Below are positions 1 to 11,765 of a stretch of DNA of 64,000 nt, piece after piece. The DNA is from Octopus vulgaris. Lineage: Eukaryota. The stretch's first letter is position 1. Every line of letters begins with the position of its first letter. The notes beneath the pieces are model-generated. The model was not told the origin of the DNA. It saw only the letters and a list, made by a program, of their open reading frames with translations, and did no database searches. The DNA is taken from positions 71,920,001 to 71,984,000 of the forward strand of contig OX597821.1 of the NCBI GenBank assembly GCA_951406725.2. The letters are read 5' to 3'. The translations under genes and the position numbers were made by a program.

Positions 1-860
1 TCTTCTTTATCACAATCCTCTTTCCATAGTTTGGAGATCTTCTTTGGATCGGGGCCTTGGGTCATTTTGCTAATTTTTTGGTTAATCTCTTCATCGATGG
101 ATTTTACTTTATCTTCATTCGTCTGGGCCTTCAATTTTAGAAGTATTATTTCCATTTTCATTTTTCCGGTGCCATTCTTTCACTGAGGTGTCTTTGTGTT
201 TCAGGTTCATCTGTAATGGTTTTGATCTGGAGTTTACGTGGGAGAATTAACGGTATCCGATTGAGCCATTTTTCGTATACATCCGCTTTGTTGTTGCTTT
301 GGATCAACTTCCAAAAGGCGAACTTTCTATCTCTGAGTGGTTTGTTCCATTGTGGTACTATGTGGTGTTTCATTTGGTATATTGTGGGAGTATTGATCCT
401 ATATGCTGTCTCGTTTGGAGGTCCTTGATTCGCGTTGTTAGAGAAAAATGATCTAATTGTTTCGCATAAGTTTCCAAGGTTTTCAACGATTTCGGAGGTT
501 GTATTTTTCATATCGATTTCCTCATTATTCTCTCGATTGGGTTCATAAATTTGTTCAATAACGTTAACAGATTTGTGTTGATTTTCTTGAGTTCTTTCAG
601 TATTTCTTCATTTATGGAAGTGATTGTGTCTATTTTTGTTGGCATTTCATGTATCTCGGGTGGGATAATGATATGTAGAAGGTTGAAAAGGAACACACGA
701 GTTGATATATATGGAAAAGAAGTCAAGGTAGAAAATGCTGAAATAATTTTATAAAAAACATTTCAGTACTGGTTTCAGTCATTGAGACTTTTTCAACTGT
801 TAGTATGGAAAACAATTAAATTTTGGAAAAGTTAAAAAAAAAGTTTTTTTAAAAAAAACA
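1..860 (-). mobile_element. Penelope-like element 5' region (pseudo-LTR plus broken N-terminal ORF)
   Basis: Minimal hammerhead motif at 764-799 lies just upstream of two consecutive K/N/I-rich minus-strand ORF pieces (508-726, 158-511), the usual PLE pLTR-ORF order; no catalytic motifs visible. Confidence 0.55.
764..799 (-). ncRNA. Minimal hammerhead ribozyme motif (U3-A8 variant)
   Basis: CAG-TTGAAAA-AGTC(tcaat)GACT-GAA-ACCAGT-A-CTG: stem I CAG/CTG, stem II AGTC/GACT, near-palindromic stem III, GUA cleavage triplet. Confidence 0.7.
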
Positions 861-1689
861 CTGTCCCAGCAATTCGTCTCACTGTTTTCTATGGTTTAGA
901 GCGTAATGTTCTGAAAGAGGACATGGCATCAAAACTACAATTCTCACTTCCGCTGCTTACTGCCTTACTCAGCGATAAATAACATAGCGCCATCTATTAG
1001 GCAAAAATCACTGCCTCCATATCGTCATGCAGAACGTTAACGAAATCAACGGCGACACTGCAGCGCCGTAGGCTCTTCCAGGAGACTCTTCGACAATAAC
1101 GGAAACTACGACAAACATATTTGTAATTAAGATTTCACTCAGCCGAACCCCGTCTCTCTCATTCTCTCTCTCTCATCCTCTCCCCTCTCTCTCTCATCCT
1201 CTCCCCTCTCTCTCTCATCCTCTCCCCTCTCCCTCTCTCACTCTCTCTTCTTTTCCCTGCTATAAACAAAGAAAGAAAAAAAACGAATCAAATTTAATGT
1301 TTAATTCTTGGTTTCCTTTCTAAACAAGATAAGTCATGGACATATTTTACATCGCGTTAATTCTTCAAGCAGAAACAAAATTGTTGTAGGTGTTTGTTAA
1401 TTTTAATTAATCATTTTAACTTTATTAACTTTCACCGATTAACAAGTATTTCCTTTCTTTCCTATCTCTCGGGTATATGTACTAATTGGGATCTCTTGTA
1501 TACACACTAACACATACACACACACAAACACACACACTCATATAGACACACACACAAATACCCACGCGCACGCCCATAAAAGCAGGCACAACATACGTAT
1601 CAATTTAGTTATGCAGCTGAACTGCAACAGACATTTTGCAGTCATCAGATTGAACTTTTACTCTAAACTTATTAAAGGTGCAAAACTAA

Positions 1690-2340
1690 CCTATATCCTT
1701 AAACTCTTAAATCCTTAAAAATGCTTCAGCCTGAAAGCTTCGGCCATGCTGGGGCACCACAGTTGAATGTGCTACACTACTATGTGAAACCACCTCTGAT
1801 ACGTGGCACTTGCTCAACATGGGAGTTCAACACTGCTGCCCGCATCTGTGTTTCCTGCCTAGATGTAGGTTCATCAGGAACCCCTGACAAGTAGAGATCC
1901 AGTTTAGTTTTAAAGAAACCCACATCCATACCATGCAGGTCTCTCAGGCATTTAGGAAGGATATTGAAGAGCTGTGGTCCCCTGAAACTTCAAGCTGTTG
2001 CAGTATCTGGTCCTGTATTTTGATGGTGATGTTGGGATCTTTGACACCATGCAGTGGCGTCCCGTTCTGCTGTTGGGGTAACTTTCAATGCCAAAATTCT
2101 GAACAAAGCCCTCCAAGATTTTCCAGATTTATATCACTGCATATCTCTCACGCCTTCGCTCCAGGGCGAAGAGTTTTAATACTTTCACTCTTTCCTAGTA
2201 GCTGATATGTTGCATTGAGACGATCTTCTTAGAGTAGCTTCGTTGGATTGCTTTGAATTCTGCTGTTAACTTTATATTGTGTGGTGACCATAGTTGGGAG
2301 CAGTAGTCCAAGCGACTGAGGACGAATGTAGTAGCAAAAC
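1690..2340 (-). mobile_element. CR1/L2-group LINE, 5'-truncated 3' end
   Basis: Reading through stops and frameshifts gives FVLSRLDYCSQLWSPH...AIQRSYSKKI...LKLFALERRRERYAVI*IWKILEG...FNILPKCLRD...FKTKLDLYLSGVPDEP, a typical CR1-type RT C-terminus; tail of TTTAAGGA-like repeats. Confidence 0.85.
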
Positions 2341-2637
2341 CACGTAGTAGCAAAACAAGCTTCTTAACATACCTATGTTTATATATATCTTGAAATAATT
2401 CTTTGTATGTGTCCATATGCACACAGACACGTGATCGCTTGATAAGCGTACACATGCATACAACCTGTATTGTCGCTTTCTTTCAATGAAGCAATCAGAT
2501 CCAGGAAGGAAGCGAACATTTTCAGAAGACATTTAACACTATTTTTCCTGCTGTTTAATTTACCTCAAGTGGAATAGGGATTATTTCATAAACTATAAAC
2601 AAACATATACACACATTCACATGCACATATACGTGTT

Positions 2638-2639
<2 letters not shown>

Positions 2640-2723
<84 letters not shown>

Positions 2724-2725
2724 TG

Positions 2726-2782
<57 letters not shown>

Positions 2783-2853
2783 ATGTATGTATGTATGTAT
2801 GTATGTATGTATGTATGTATGTATGTATGTATGTATGTATGTATGAACGTATG

Positions 2854-2915
<62 letters not shown>
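2640..2915. repeat. Compound (TA)n/(TATG)n microsatellite
   Basis: Direct reading; one of dozens of such tracts in the window. Confidence 0.95.
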
Positions 2916-2918
<3 letters not shown>

Positions 2919-3021
2919 AACTAATGTAGGATAAAATTTATTTTCGGGAAAAAAATTTATCAATGGCCAGCATATCAGAAAATACCTTTAAAGGTTAAAT
3001 TTATAAATATTTATATTTTTA

Positions 3022-3060
<39 letters not shown>

Positions 3061-3067
3061 TATATAT

Positions 3068-3267
3068 ATTTCGGTTTGGGATTTGGTTTGCAAGATTCTT
3101 TATATGAGTTCGTGTGTTGAAGCATATTCTGTTGTGTCTGGGGAGAGTCATTTTCTTTTTTGTGCCTTGTTATTTAACACTCACCGGTAAAATTTCCACT
3201 TTTTTCTTATTTTTATTTTCCTAAAATTTTCGTTGCGTCTTGCAACCTTTTCAATAGTCTTGACTCT
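3068..3267 (-). mobile_element. Penelope-type pLTR fragment with hammerhead motif (3221-3257)
   Basis: CTA-TTGAAAA-g-GTTGC(aagac)GCAAC-GAA-AATT-T-TAG on the minus strand; second copy at 27210-27423. Confidence 0.65.
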
Positions 3268-3449
3268 GTCCGTTATTTACACTGCGTTCCTTTTTGTTTG
3301 TTTGTGCGCATGTGGGTGGGTCAGAGTGTGTGTGTGCCTATACATGCATGCATATATAGACCGTGTGTAATCTGTATTCGATAAAATCCCGTCTAATTAG
3401 AAACCTTCTGTCGATGTTAAAAATATTGTTGCTGTTCTGAATGTCTTCT

Positions 3450-3950
3450 ATTGTGTACGTGTTGTTAATCTTCAGATTCACCACGATCGAACAGACCTAT
3501 GATAAAAGGACTTCCAGCCGTGACTATCTCTTTTTTTAAGGCTATCGAACGAGTCTTCCACGTTTGTAAGTCGATGGGTATTGACTTTAAGGAAATTTCG
3601 CTACTATTTTTATATGGTCGAACGACCTCACTGAAGCTCCTTCGTCTGTTGGAAATATTTTGTATGAAGAAGAAAGATGGTCGAGTTTGTAAGGTTTCGC
3701 ACCACACTGTTCGCCTTTGGTTGGGGTTTGGAGCAATTTGAGTTAGGCAACATTGTTTTAATTCAACGAGCTTTATTTAAGTACCAGTTTAACCTATCTC
3801 GCTTCTATCATGGCTGCCGGAAAGCTCCGAATCGAAAGCAAACTCTTGTGATTACGGGTTGTTGCATATGGTGGCTCATCACATCAAACAGTATATTCCG
3901 CATGAAATACGTGGTACAGGGGGGAATCCCCACGATGCACCTCAAAACTG
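3450..3950 (-). mobile_element. Highly decayed RTE-like LINE C-terminal fragment
   Basis: Minus-strand peptide RPYKNSSEISLKSIPIDLQTWKTR resembles the RTE ORF C-terminus (R.KD.LK..LK...ID...WE); many stops. Confidence 0.4.
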
Positions 3951-4270
3951 ATGTGTATATTTTCTATATTTTGAGTGTGTGTGTGTGTATATGTGTGTAT
4001 ATGTGTGTATATTTGTGTATATGTGTGTGTCTGTGAGTGTGTGTGTGTGAACAGATCATAAATGATCTAGAGTAACGAACCTCACGATGTATATGCATGT
4101 GTGTGTGTGTGTATATATACACACACAAGTATAGAAATGTGAGAATAATACTTGGAAAGAAAAGATCATGGAGGATCTAGGGTAACTCCCATGATGCATA
4201 TGCGTTTGAGCGTATATACGTGTATGTGTGTGTGTGTATATGCGTATATATAAATATATATAAATATGCG

Positions 4271-4331
<61 letters not shown>

Positions 4332-5094
4332 ATATATATATATATATGCAAACGTGTGAAGAGTACTTGGAAGGAAAGAAAAGATCATAGGTGATCTCCA
4401 GTGGCTCTCCTGTTAACATTAAACTATTGAACGATTCATCAAGGAATAAAATACGAGAGATAAGTGTAGAGTATTGAAGAGAGAGAGGGGGCTTCTAACA
4501 TTGTTCCCATCGTTCTACAAGAAACATTTTAGGGAGAAATGGGGGAGAGAGAGCGGGCGCGTCACAGAAGACTGCGCCTTTGGAAACGCCGATGCCGAAT
4601 CGCTGACAATTGCATTAATAAATCCAACAATGCCGTTCTTTAACTCCAGTTACATCTCCTGGGAGTCAAGAGACTTTTCGTTTCTGTTGTGCCGAATTTC
4701 TGATGAAGATCTTGCATATGAAATGAGTTGACCATCTCAACCGACCACCATCATTGCAGCATCTTACGAAATGCGGTTCGTGGGATTGCATTGTCTCTGA
4801 CAAAAAAGTATTTGATCTATTTTCGTGTCATATTTTGCGTTAAGGGTTTCTTTGGAAAGATATTTTATGGCCTCAAAGTTCTTCACACACGCACACACAC
4901 ACACACAGACACACAAACACTTATATGTATGTATGCTTGTATGTATTATGTGTGTGTGCGTGTATGTGTGTGTACGTATATTATTCTATTATTATGCATG
5001 TACGTATATAATTCTATAGAAAGAATTGTATTGATAATGACTTCGAAGTTTCGGCTTGCTAAACAATCATCAAAGTGCGGTACATTTCATACTC

Positions 5095-5370
5095 ACTTAG
5101 GGTATTCGGGTGACGATCGCAAGGTCGTGAGTTCAATTAGTGCTGGCGCGTTGTGTTCTTGTGTAAGATCCTTCATTTCCCGGTGCTTCAGCCCAGCCAT
5201 CTGTATTTCAAAGGGCCAGCTTTGTCACAGCATGTGTCTCGCTGAATCTCGCTAAGAATTACCTCAAGGGAGCGCGTGTCTGTGCAGTGCACACCCACGT
5301 GCATGAATATTTCACAAGCTGTTTCGCTAATCGAATCAACTGAAACACTCGTCGTTATAACGGTCGGAGT
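5095..5370 (+). mobile_element. SINE family C, diverged copy
   Basis: Aligns by eye to 61681-62065 (tgtatttcaaagggcc...ttgtcac...gctgaat...tgtg.agtgc...tttcac.agc). Confidence 0.65.
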
Positions 5371-5396
5371 GCCCAGGTACGTGTGTGTGTGAGTGT

Positions 5397-5442
<46 letters not shown>

Positions 5443-5579
5443 ACGTACTTGTGTGTGTGCGTACGTGCGTGTGTATGTGAGTGCGTACGTGTGTGCAATC
5501 GTATGTATGTGTGGGTGCGTACATGTGTTCGTACGTGCCTAGCTGTGTGTGTGTGTGCGTGCGTGTGCGTACGTGTGCG

Positions 5580-5639
<60 letters not shown>

Positions 5640-5964
5640 CATCTGAGAATCCTTAAGTCAGAAAAACTATAAACTCGCATATTTGTCAATAGAATGGGTT
5701 AGGGCTAGAGTATTTAGTATTATAGTTCCATTACAGTTGATCTTAACAACCAGTTTCGTACTCGATACTAAAACCTGATGTTAGATAACAGCGCGAATAA
5801 GTAATCCCGCGTGCTGTTCAGGCGTGACGACATAGGTTCGTTCTACGAAGCTACGAAAATTTAAGTGAATGAAGCTGAGTCAAACAGTTATTAAATGATA
5901 TATATAACTCTTACTAAATGTGTTGAGTGTCACTTTCGTCCGTCTGTCCACTCATATGTATATA

Positions 5965-6310
5965 GGTGTAGGAGTGGCTGTGTGGTAACTAGCTTGCTAA
6001 CCAACCACATGGTTACGGGTTCAGTCCCACTGCGAGGCACCTTGGGCAAGTGTCTTCTACTATAACCTCGGGCCGACCAAAGCCTTGTGAGTGGATTTGG
6101 TAGACGGAAACTGAAAGAAGCCCGTCGTATTTATGTATTTATATATGTTTGTGTGACTGTTACCGTAACTTACCCGTTCGGCAACAGAGACAGATAGAAT
6201 AAGTACTAGGCTTACAAATAATAAGTCCTGGGGTTGATTTGTTCGACTAAAGGCGGTGCTCCAGCATGGCCGCAGTCAAATGACTGAAACAAGTAAAAGA
6301 GTAAAAGAGT
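5965..6310 (+). mobile_element. SINE family A (tRNA head, CORE-like ccttgggcaagtg, internal microsatellite, GTAAAAGA tail)
   Basis: A box tggctgtgtggt, B box ggttcagtccc; more than 10 copies in the window. Confidence 0.9.
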
Positions 6311-6462
6311 ATATGGGGTTTTAATATGCTAGACCACTGGATTTAAATTGATATTAATCAGATTAATATTCAATTTTTCACCCTTATTATTTTATATTTT
6401 ATACATATATATATAGTATTAGTTGATAGTAGGAGATGGATTTCGTATTAGACGTTTATTAG

Positions 6463-6501
6463 ATACAACATGTTTCGACCCATCTGGTTCTCTTCAGGTA
6501 T
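6463..6501 (-). ncRNA. Minimal hammerhead ribozyme motif (canonical core)
   Basis: ATAC-CTGAAGA-GAACC(agat)GGGTC-GAA-ACATGT-T-GTAT: 4-bp stem I, palindromic stem III ACATGT, GUU triplet, one mismatch in stem II. Confidence 0.75.
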
Positions 6502-6788
6502 ATTGATAAAGATGTCTCGCTAGAGATTTTTAGTGTTGTTATATGTCATTGCGGAGTTCCTGAAGTAGATCCAACGGAAGTGTACCACAACTGCGGATGA
6601 CAACATGGAGCCTAAACTGCACCCGTGCCCTCCCTAATCAACATTTAAACACACAGATCCACTTATACTTATTTGTCCCAATTGTGTGTGTGTGTGTGTG
6701 TGTGTGTGTGGAGGGTGTATGTATGTACGTGTGTGTGTGTGTGTGTATGTGTGTGTGTGTGTGGAGGGTGTATGTATGTACGTGTGTG

Positions 6789-6802
6789 AGATAGACAGAT
6801 AA

Positions 6803-6878
<76 letters not shown>

Positions 6879-7050
6879 GATGGATGGATAGATAGACAGA
6901 TAGATAGAGAGAGAGAGAAAGACAGACAGACAGACAGACAGACAAATACATATACAGATAGATAGATATCTGTATATGTATCTGTCTGTCCGTCTGTCTG
7001 TCTTTCTCTCTCTCTCTCTATCTATCTGTCTATCTATCCATCCATCTTAT

Positions 7051-7110
<60 letters not shown>

Positions 7111-7124
7111 TTATCTGTCTATCT
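6789..7124. repeat. Long inverted repeat of compound GATA/GACA/GA microsatellite
   Basis: Arms 6789-6960 and 6967-7124 mirror each other including the interruptions (GATAAATAGAT, AAGATGGATGGA, CATATACAGATA); 6-nt loop. Confidence 0.9.
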
Positions 7125-7161
<37 letters not shown>

Positions 7162-7673
7162 ATAGAAAAGGGGTGGGAGAAAAGGTATACATTGATTTGG
7201 AAGGCAACACCATGGTTGCTGTTCTTTCCGAGTTTTGGAAAAGATTGTGGCCATTATTAGTTCAGTAGATAATATCAATTTACCAACAGAGTCTATGCCA
7301 CCAAGAATTTTATGACAGCAGAGAATGTAAATGGCAGTTGATGATAGAGATGCGATTGGTCTGATTTATAAACTTACAGAGCACAACAGAGGCTTACTGG
7401 CCGAGATTTTTAGATTTACATATAAGCTATGTCGTGTATGCATACAGCGATACATGTATTTATACACTCACTCCCACTTACATGTATATAAATGTATATA
7501 TTGAGAGAGAGATTGCTGTTTTATATATGTATATATATGTATGTATGTATATATATATATATATATATATACAAATACACTTATATTTATATATATATAT
7601 ATATGTATATATACACACACATGTATATATATATATATACATATATATATATACATATGCACATGCATATATA

Positions 7674-7752
<79 letters not shown>

Positions 7753-8444
7753 ATATAGATAGATAGACAGACAGATATAGATATCGATATATTCACATGT
7801 ATGTATGAAGAAAGAATTGTATCCCCACGAAGGAAAGAACATATGAGAGTTGGTTTGGGAGGCGGAAAATGGATCTGAGTCTTCAAACGTAGCTTTTAGT
7901 TTGGGGGGGAAATTTATGACAATACCACATGGTTTTCTACGAATTTTTGTTTTTCAATTATAGATAAAAAAAAAAAATCTTTAACAGAGACTGAAGGTAA
8001 AAGGCAAAAATAGGAAAAACGTTTAAAATATCGAATGTTCATACAAATTCCAATATTCAAGAAGTTTCTCGGACGTAAGCAGTAATACAAGTCCAAACGT
8101 TCCATGAATTTCCTAACAGTCAAACGTGATTGAAATAAAGTTGAGTTGCGATGGAATTTTTAAAAGTGTAAGTAAAAAAAAAAAAATAGAAAACAAAGAA
8201 AATATTTCTTTTTACTGTTTTGGCAATTTCTGTCGTGTTGCATGAAATAGGATTCTTTGTCGCTGATTTTGTCGGTCAGAGCATCTGCAACATTCATTAA
8301 TTTCCTGAGGATGGGGTCATAACCCCCGAAATATTGAATGCAAAATAAATCTACATTAATGCATATATTTGTTTTCTTATGGTTTGCCTTGTATTCACTT
8401 CGCATGGGTCCGGTGTTACCCCCGATCCTTCATACAATATATAT

Positions 8445-8922
8445 CTGTCGGCCCAATAGTTTTCCTTTATGGCAGAATTCATAGTCAAGACTATTTAAGC
8501 ATTTTATCTGATCAAATTCATCCTATGGTTGCGGAACTATTTCCGGAAGGAAACACAATGTTTCAGGATGATAATACATCAATTCACTCAGCTAAAGTTG
8601 TTACTGAATGGCACGAGGAACATTCTAGTGAAGTTGAACATCTTATCTGGCCAATACAGTCCCCAGATCTCAATATTATTGAAAATTTATGAAGCATTTT
8701 AGAAAAACAAGTAAGGAGTCGATATCCTCCACCATCACTACAAGAACTGGGGAATTGGAGAAGAATGGACAAAAATTCCTTTAGGAAACGATTCACACCT
8801 TGTACGAGTCCATACCTCGTAGAATTCAAGCTGTAATTACTGCCAAAGGCAGTCCTACCCGATATTAAAATTAATTTGTTTGAAAATTTAAGGTGTTTCC
8901 ATTATTTTGTCCAACCCCTGTA
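8445..8922 (+). mobile_element. Tc1-like (DD34E) transposon, 3' half with TIR
   Basis: FQDDNTSIHSAK...WPIQSPDLNIIENL motifs; ends ...ttttgtccaacccctg|TA. Confidence 0.9.
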
Positions 8923-9019
8923 CATATATATAAACATACAAACATACATATATGCAGCGTGCGATGAGTAAATTGTCGCCATTTTATATTATTGATATTG
9001 TGCCTGCACATTACTGTTT

Positions 9020-9408
9020 TACTTTTTTATTTGTTTCAATCATTTGACTGTGACCATGTTGGAGCACCGCCTCTAGTCGAACAAATCGACCCCAGGACTT
9101 ATTCTTTGTAAGTCTAATACTTATTCTATCGGTTTCTTTTACCAACTGGTAAGTTTTAGAGGCGTAAACACACCAACATCAGTTGTCAAGTGATGGAGGG
9201 GGACAAACACAGACACACAAACATAGATATATGTATATATATATGTATATATACGACGGGCTTCTTTCAGTTTCCCTCTACCATATCCACTCTCAAGGCT
9301 TTGGTCGGCCCGAGACAATAGTAGAAGACACTTGCCCAAGGTGTCACGCAGTGGGACTGAACCCATAACCATGTGGCTGGTAAGCAATCTACTTACCACA
9401 CAACCACT
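9020..9408 (-). mobile_element. SINE family A
   Basis: Reverse complement of the family A sequence. Confidence 0.9.
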
Positions 9409-9427
9409 GATTATTATTATTATTATT

Positions 9428-9739
9428 GAGTGAGAGAGCAGTGCATTCCATCAAAGTGACACTGGAGTACAAATATACGAAGCCCAATATACCCACCATG
9501 ACTACTCATCTGATAAGGATGCACCCGGCACATGCATCACAACCATACGTGCACGACATGGTGATCTCATATCAAGATTAAGAGCGCATGACCTTGCTGG
9601 TGGGGCCCAGTTAGAATTGAGCCCTTCCCGCTCAAAAAAGTGTGTTGAACGAAACACCCATGTTTCCAGAGGTGAATTATTAAAACCCCAAAGAATTCCT
9701 TTCAATACATGGCTATGATGCTCCCCCACTACTTCTGCT

Positions 9740-9740
<1 letters not shown>
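9428..9740 (-). mobile_element. Repeat family D (probable LINE 3' UTR), truncated copy
   Basis: High identity to 23060-23410 with an internal deletion; flanked by (ATT)n and (GTT)n; strand inferred. Confidence 0.7.
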
Positions 9741-9794
<54 letters not shown>

Positions 9795-9796
<2 letters not shown>

Positions 9797-10015
9797 AGCG
9801 ACGAGCTGGCAGAATCGTTAGCACGCCGGACAAAATGATTAGTGGCATTTCGTCGTCTTTACGTTCAGATTTCAAATTCCACCGAGGTCGAATTTGCCTT
9901 TCATCCTTTCGGGTTCGATGAATTAAGTACCAGTGAAACACTGGGGGTCGATGTAATCGATTAGTCCCTTCTCCACAAATCTGAGGCCTTGTGCCTTTAG
10001 TAGAAAGGATTACTA
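9795..10015 (+). mobile_element. SINE family B
   Basis: gcgacgagctggcagaatcgttagcacgccgg head, ttcaaattcc B box, gcctttcatcctttcgggg.tcgat core, (ATT)n tail. Confidence 0.88.
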
Positions 10016-10081
10016 TTAAAATTGTTATTATTATTATTTATGAGGGCCTTGTGCCTTTAGAAGAAAGGATTATTATTATTA

Positions 10082-10137
<56 letters not shown>

Positions 10138-10274
10138 ATTATCATTATTATTATTATTATCTCCAACATGGACAAAATCATCACCATCATGATATTTTCT
10201 TTTCTCTCTTTTGTGGTTTTTGGCTGCAGTCTAAATCCATCAGTTTATTTCTCTCTCTCTCTCTCTCTCTCTCA

Positions 10275-10308
<34 letters not shown>

Positions 10309-10907
10309 CCCGCTCTCTTTGTCTCTCGCCCTTCCTCTCTCCCACTTTGTGTAAGTCCTTATTATTTCTTCTGACATCACATCTGGTTCCCAGTATTTCC
10401 GATATCTGGGTGGGTTTTGTTTTGTTTCATTTTGTCCTTCTATAAACTCCGCTTTTCGTTTTTAATATATTTTTGATGGCCAAACAAAGAACTAAAATGT
10501 AAAGTGTATTGAAACCACCCAAACAGCCTAAAATATTCAGCTGTCAAAGGTTGTGAAACGAGGGAAAATAAACACTGAGCGAGCACTGGCTAGTTCTTGC
10601 GGCTAAGCATCTCTGCAGCCTCGTATCATAATTATTTTCTTACATAAACATCGTTTGTTTGAGAGTGTTGACACCTCTCTCTTGCAGTTCCTTCACGTGT
10701 CGGGGGTTAAAAGAATATTAAAAGCTCTCCTGTGAAGAAAATCTTGGACACGGGATGAAATAATGTTGTTGCCAGAAATGTAACTCCAGCGAATCGAAAA
10801 CTGCGTCTTCGGTCATACACCACCCATAGAATAGTAATTATAATAATGGTTTCAAATTTTGGTACAAGGCAAGCAATTTGGAGCGATTGTTGAGTCGTTT
10901 ACATATC

Positions 10908-11005
10908 GAAGAAGAAGAAGAAGAAGAAGAAGAAGAAGAAGAAGAAGAAGAAGAAGAAGAAGAAGAAGAAGAAGAAGAAGAAGAAGAAGAAGAAGAAGAA
11001 GAAGA
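10908..11005. repeat. Pure (GAA)n tract, about 32 units
   Basis: Direct reading. Confidence 0.98.
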
Positions 11006-11765
11006 CCAATGTCGGAAAGGTTATCTTCCGTCCAGACTGCACTCATTCAGTAGAAGTAAGTAGATCAACATGACAGCCTTGATAACAGAATACAGCACGG
11101 TCTTCGGAAGAAGAGGAATCTCTTGGTTATTGGTCACAAGTGCCTACTTAAAAGGAATAAAAACCTGTACAAAATGGAAAAGCTGTTTTGCACACAGATT
11201 TACAGCAAAAACAATGAAGAAACAAAATTTTAGACAATGAGGTATATTCTCAGGACAGGTCCTTTCACTCGAATTTGCTAGGAGGCAACGCTTCCCTCGC
11301 CACTTTCACGATCCTTTCGAAGTGAAACCTGAAAAAGTTGATGAAGGCCTGGTCAAAGTAAACAAATGTCTCTCTTCATTTTAGTCTTGACCGCCATACA
11401 ACCTCTTTCCCCGTGGCTACCGGACAGATAAAAACTAGTTGCCCTTCCCTAGCATAGGAAGACAACGATGCGGTCGTCACAATGGACTAAGGTCTGGATC
11501 CGTCCAAAATGTGACAACTGTGAGACATAAACCCATAACTCAGCAATGATCGAATACGGTACGCGTGCAGGCGATGATTTCCACGCTGTGCGAGTATGAA
11601 GGACTGTCATGGCTGGCGGCACTACCGACCCTATAGACTTTATCTCGAACCGTTAATATCCTTACGGTAGCACTACCAGGCCAGGAACTTCTGGGAAATG
11701 TCCCTAGGCCTTCGACCGAAAGCCCTCGGGAACAGACCGGCAAGTTGGTTTTCGTCTACACCCAA
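11006..11765 (-). mobile_element. L1/Tx1-like LINE ORF2 C-terminus and 3' UTR
   Basis: Frameshifted translation VDENQLAGLFPRAFG...QKFLAW.CYR...VRDKVYR...GKEVVWRSRLK...FINFFRFHFER parallels the 38900-39640 element. Confidence 0.7.

Noticed and set aside
4695-4735. CTGATGA...GAAA hammerhead candidate
   Set aside because: Stems I and II do not pair
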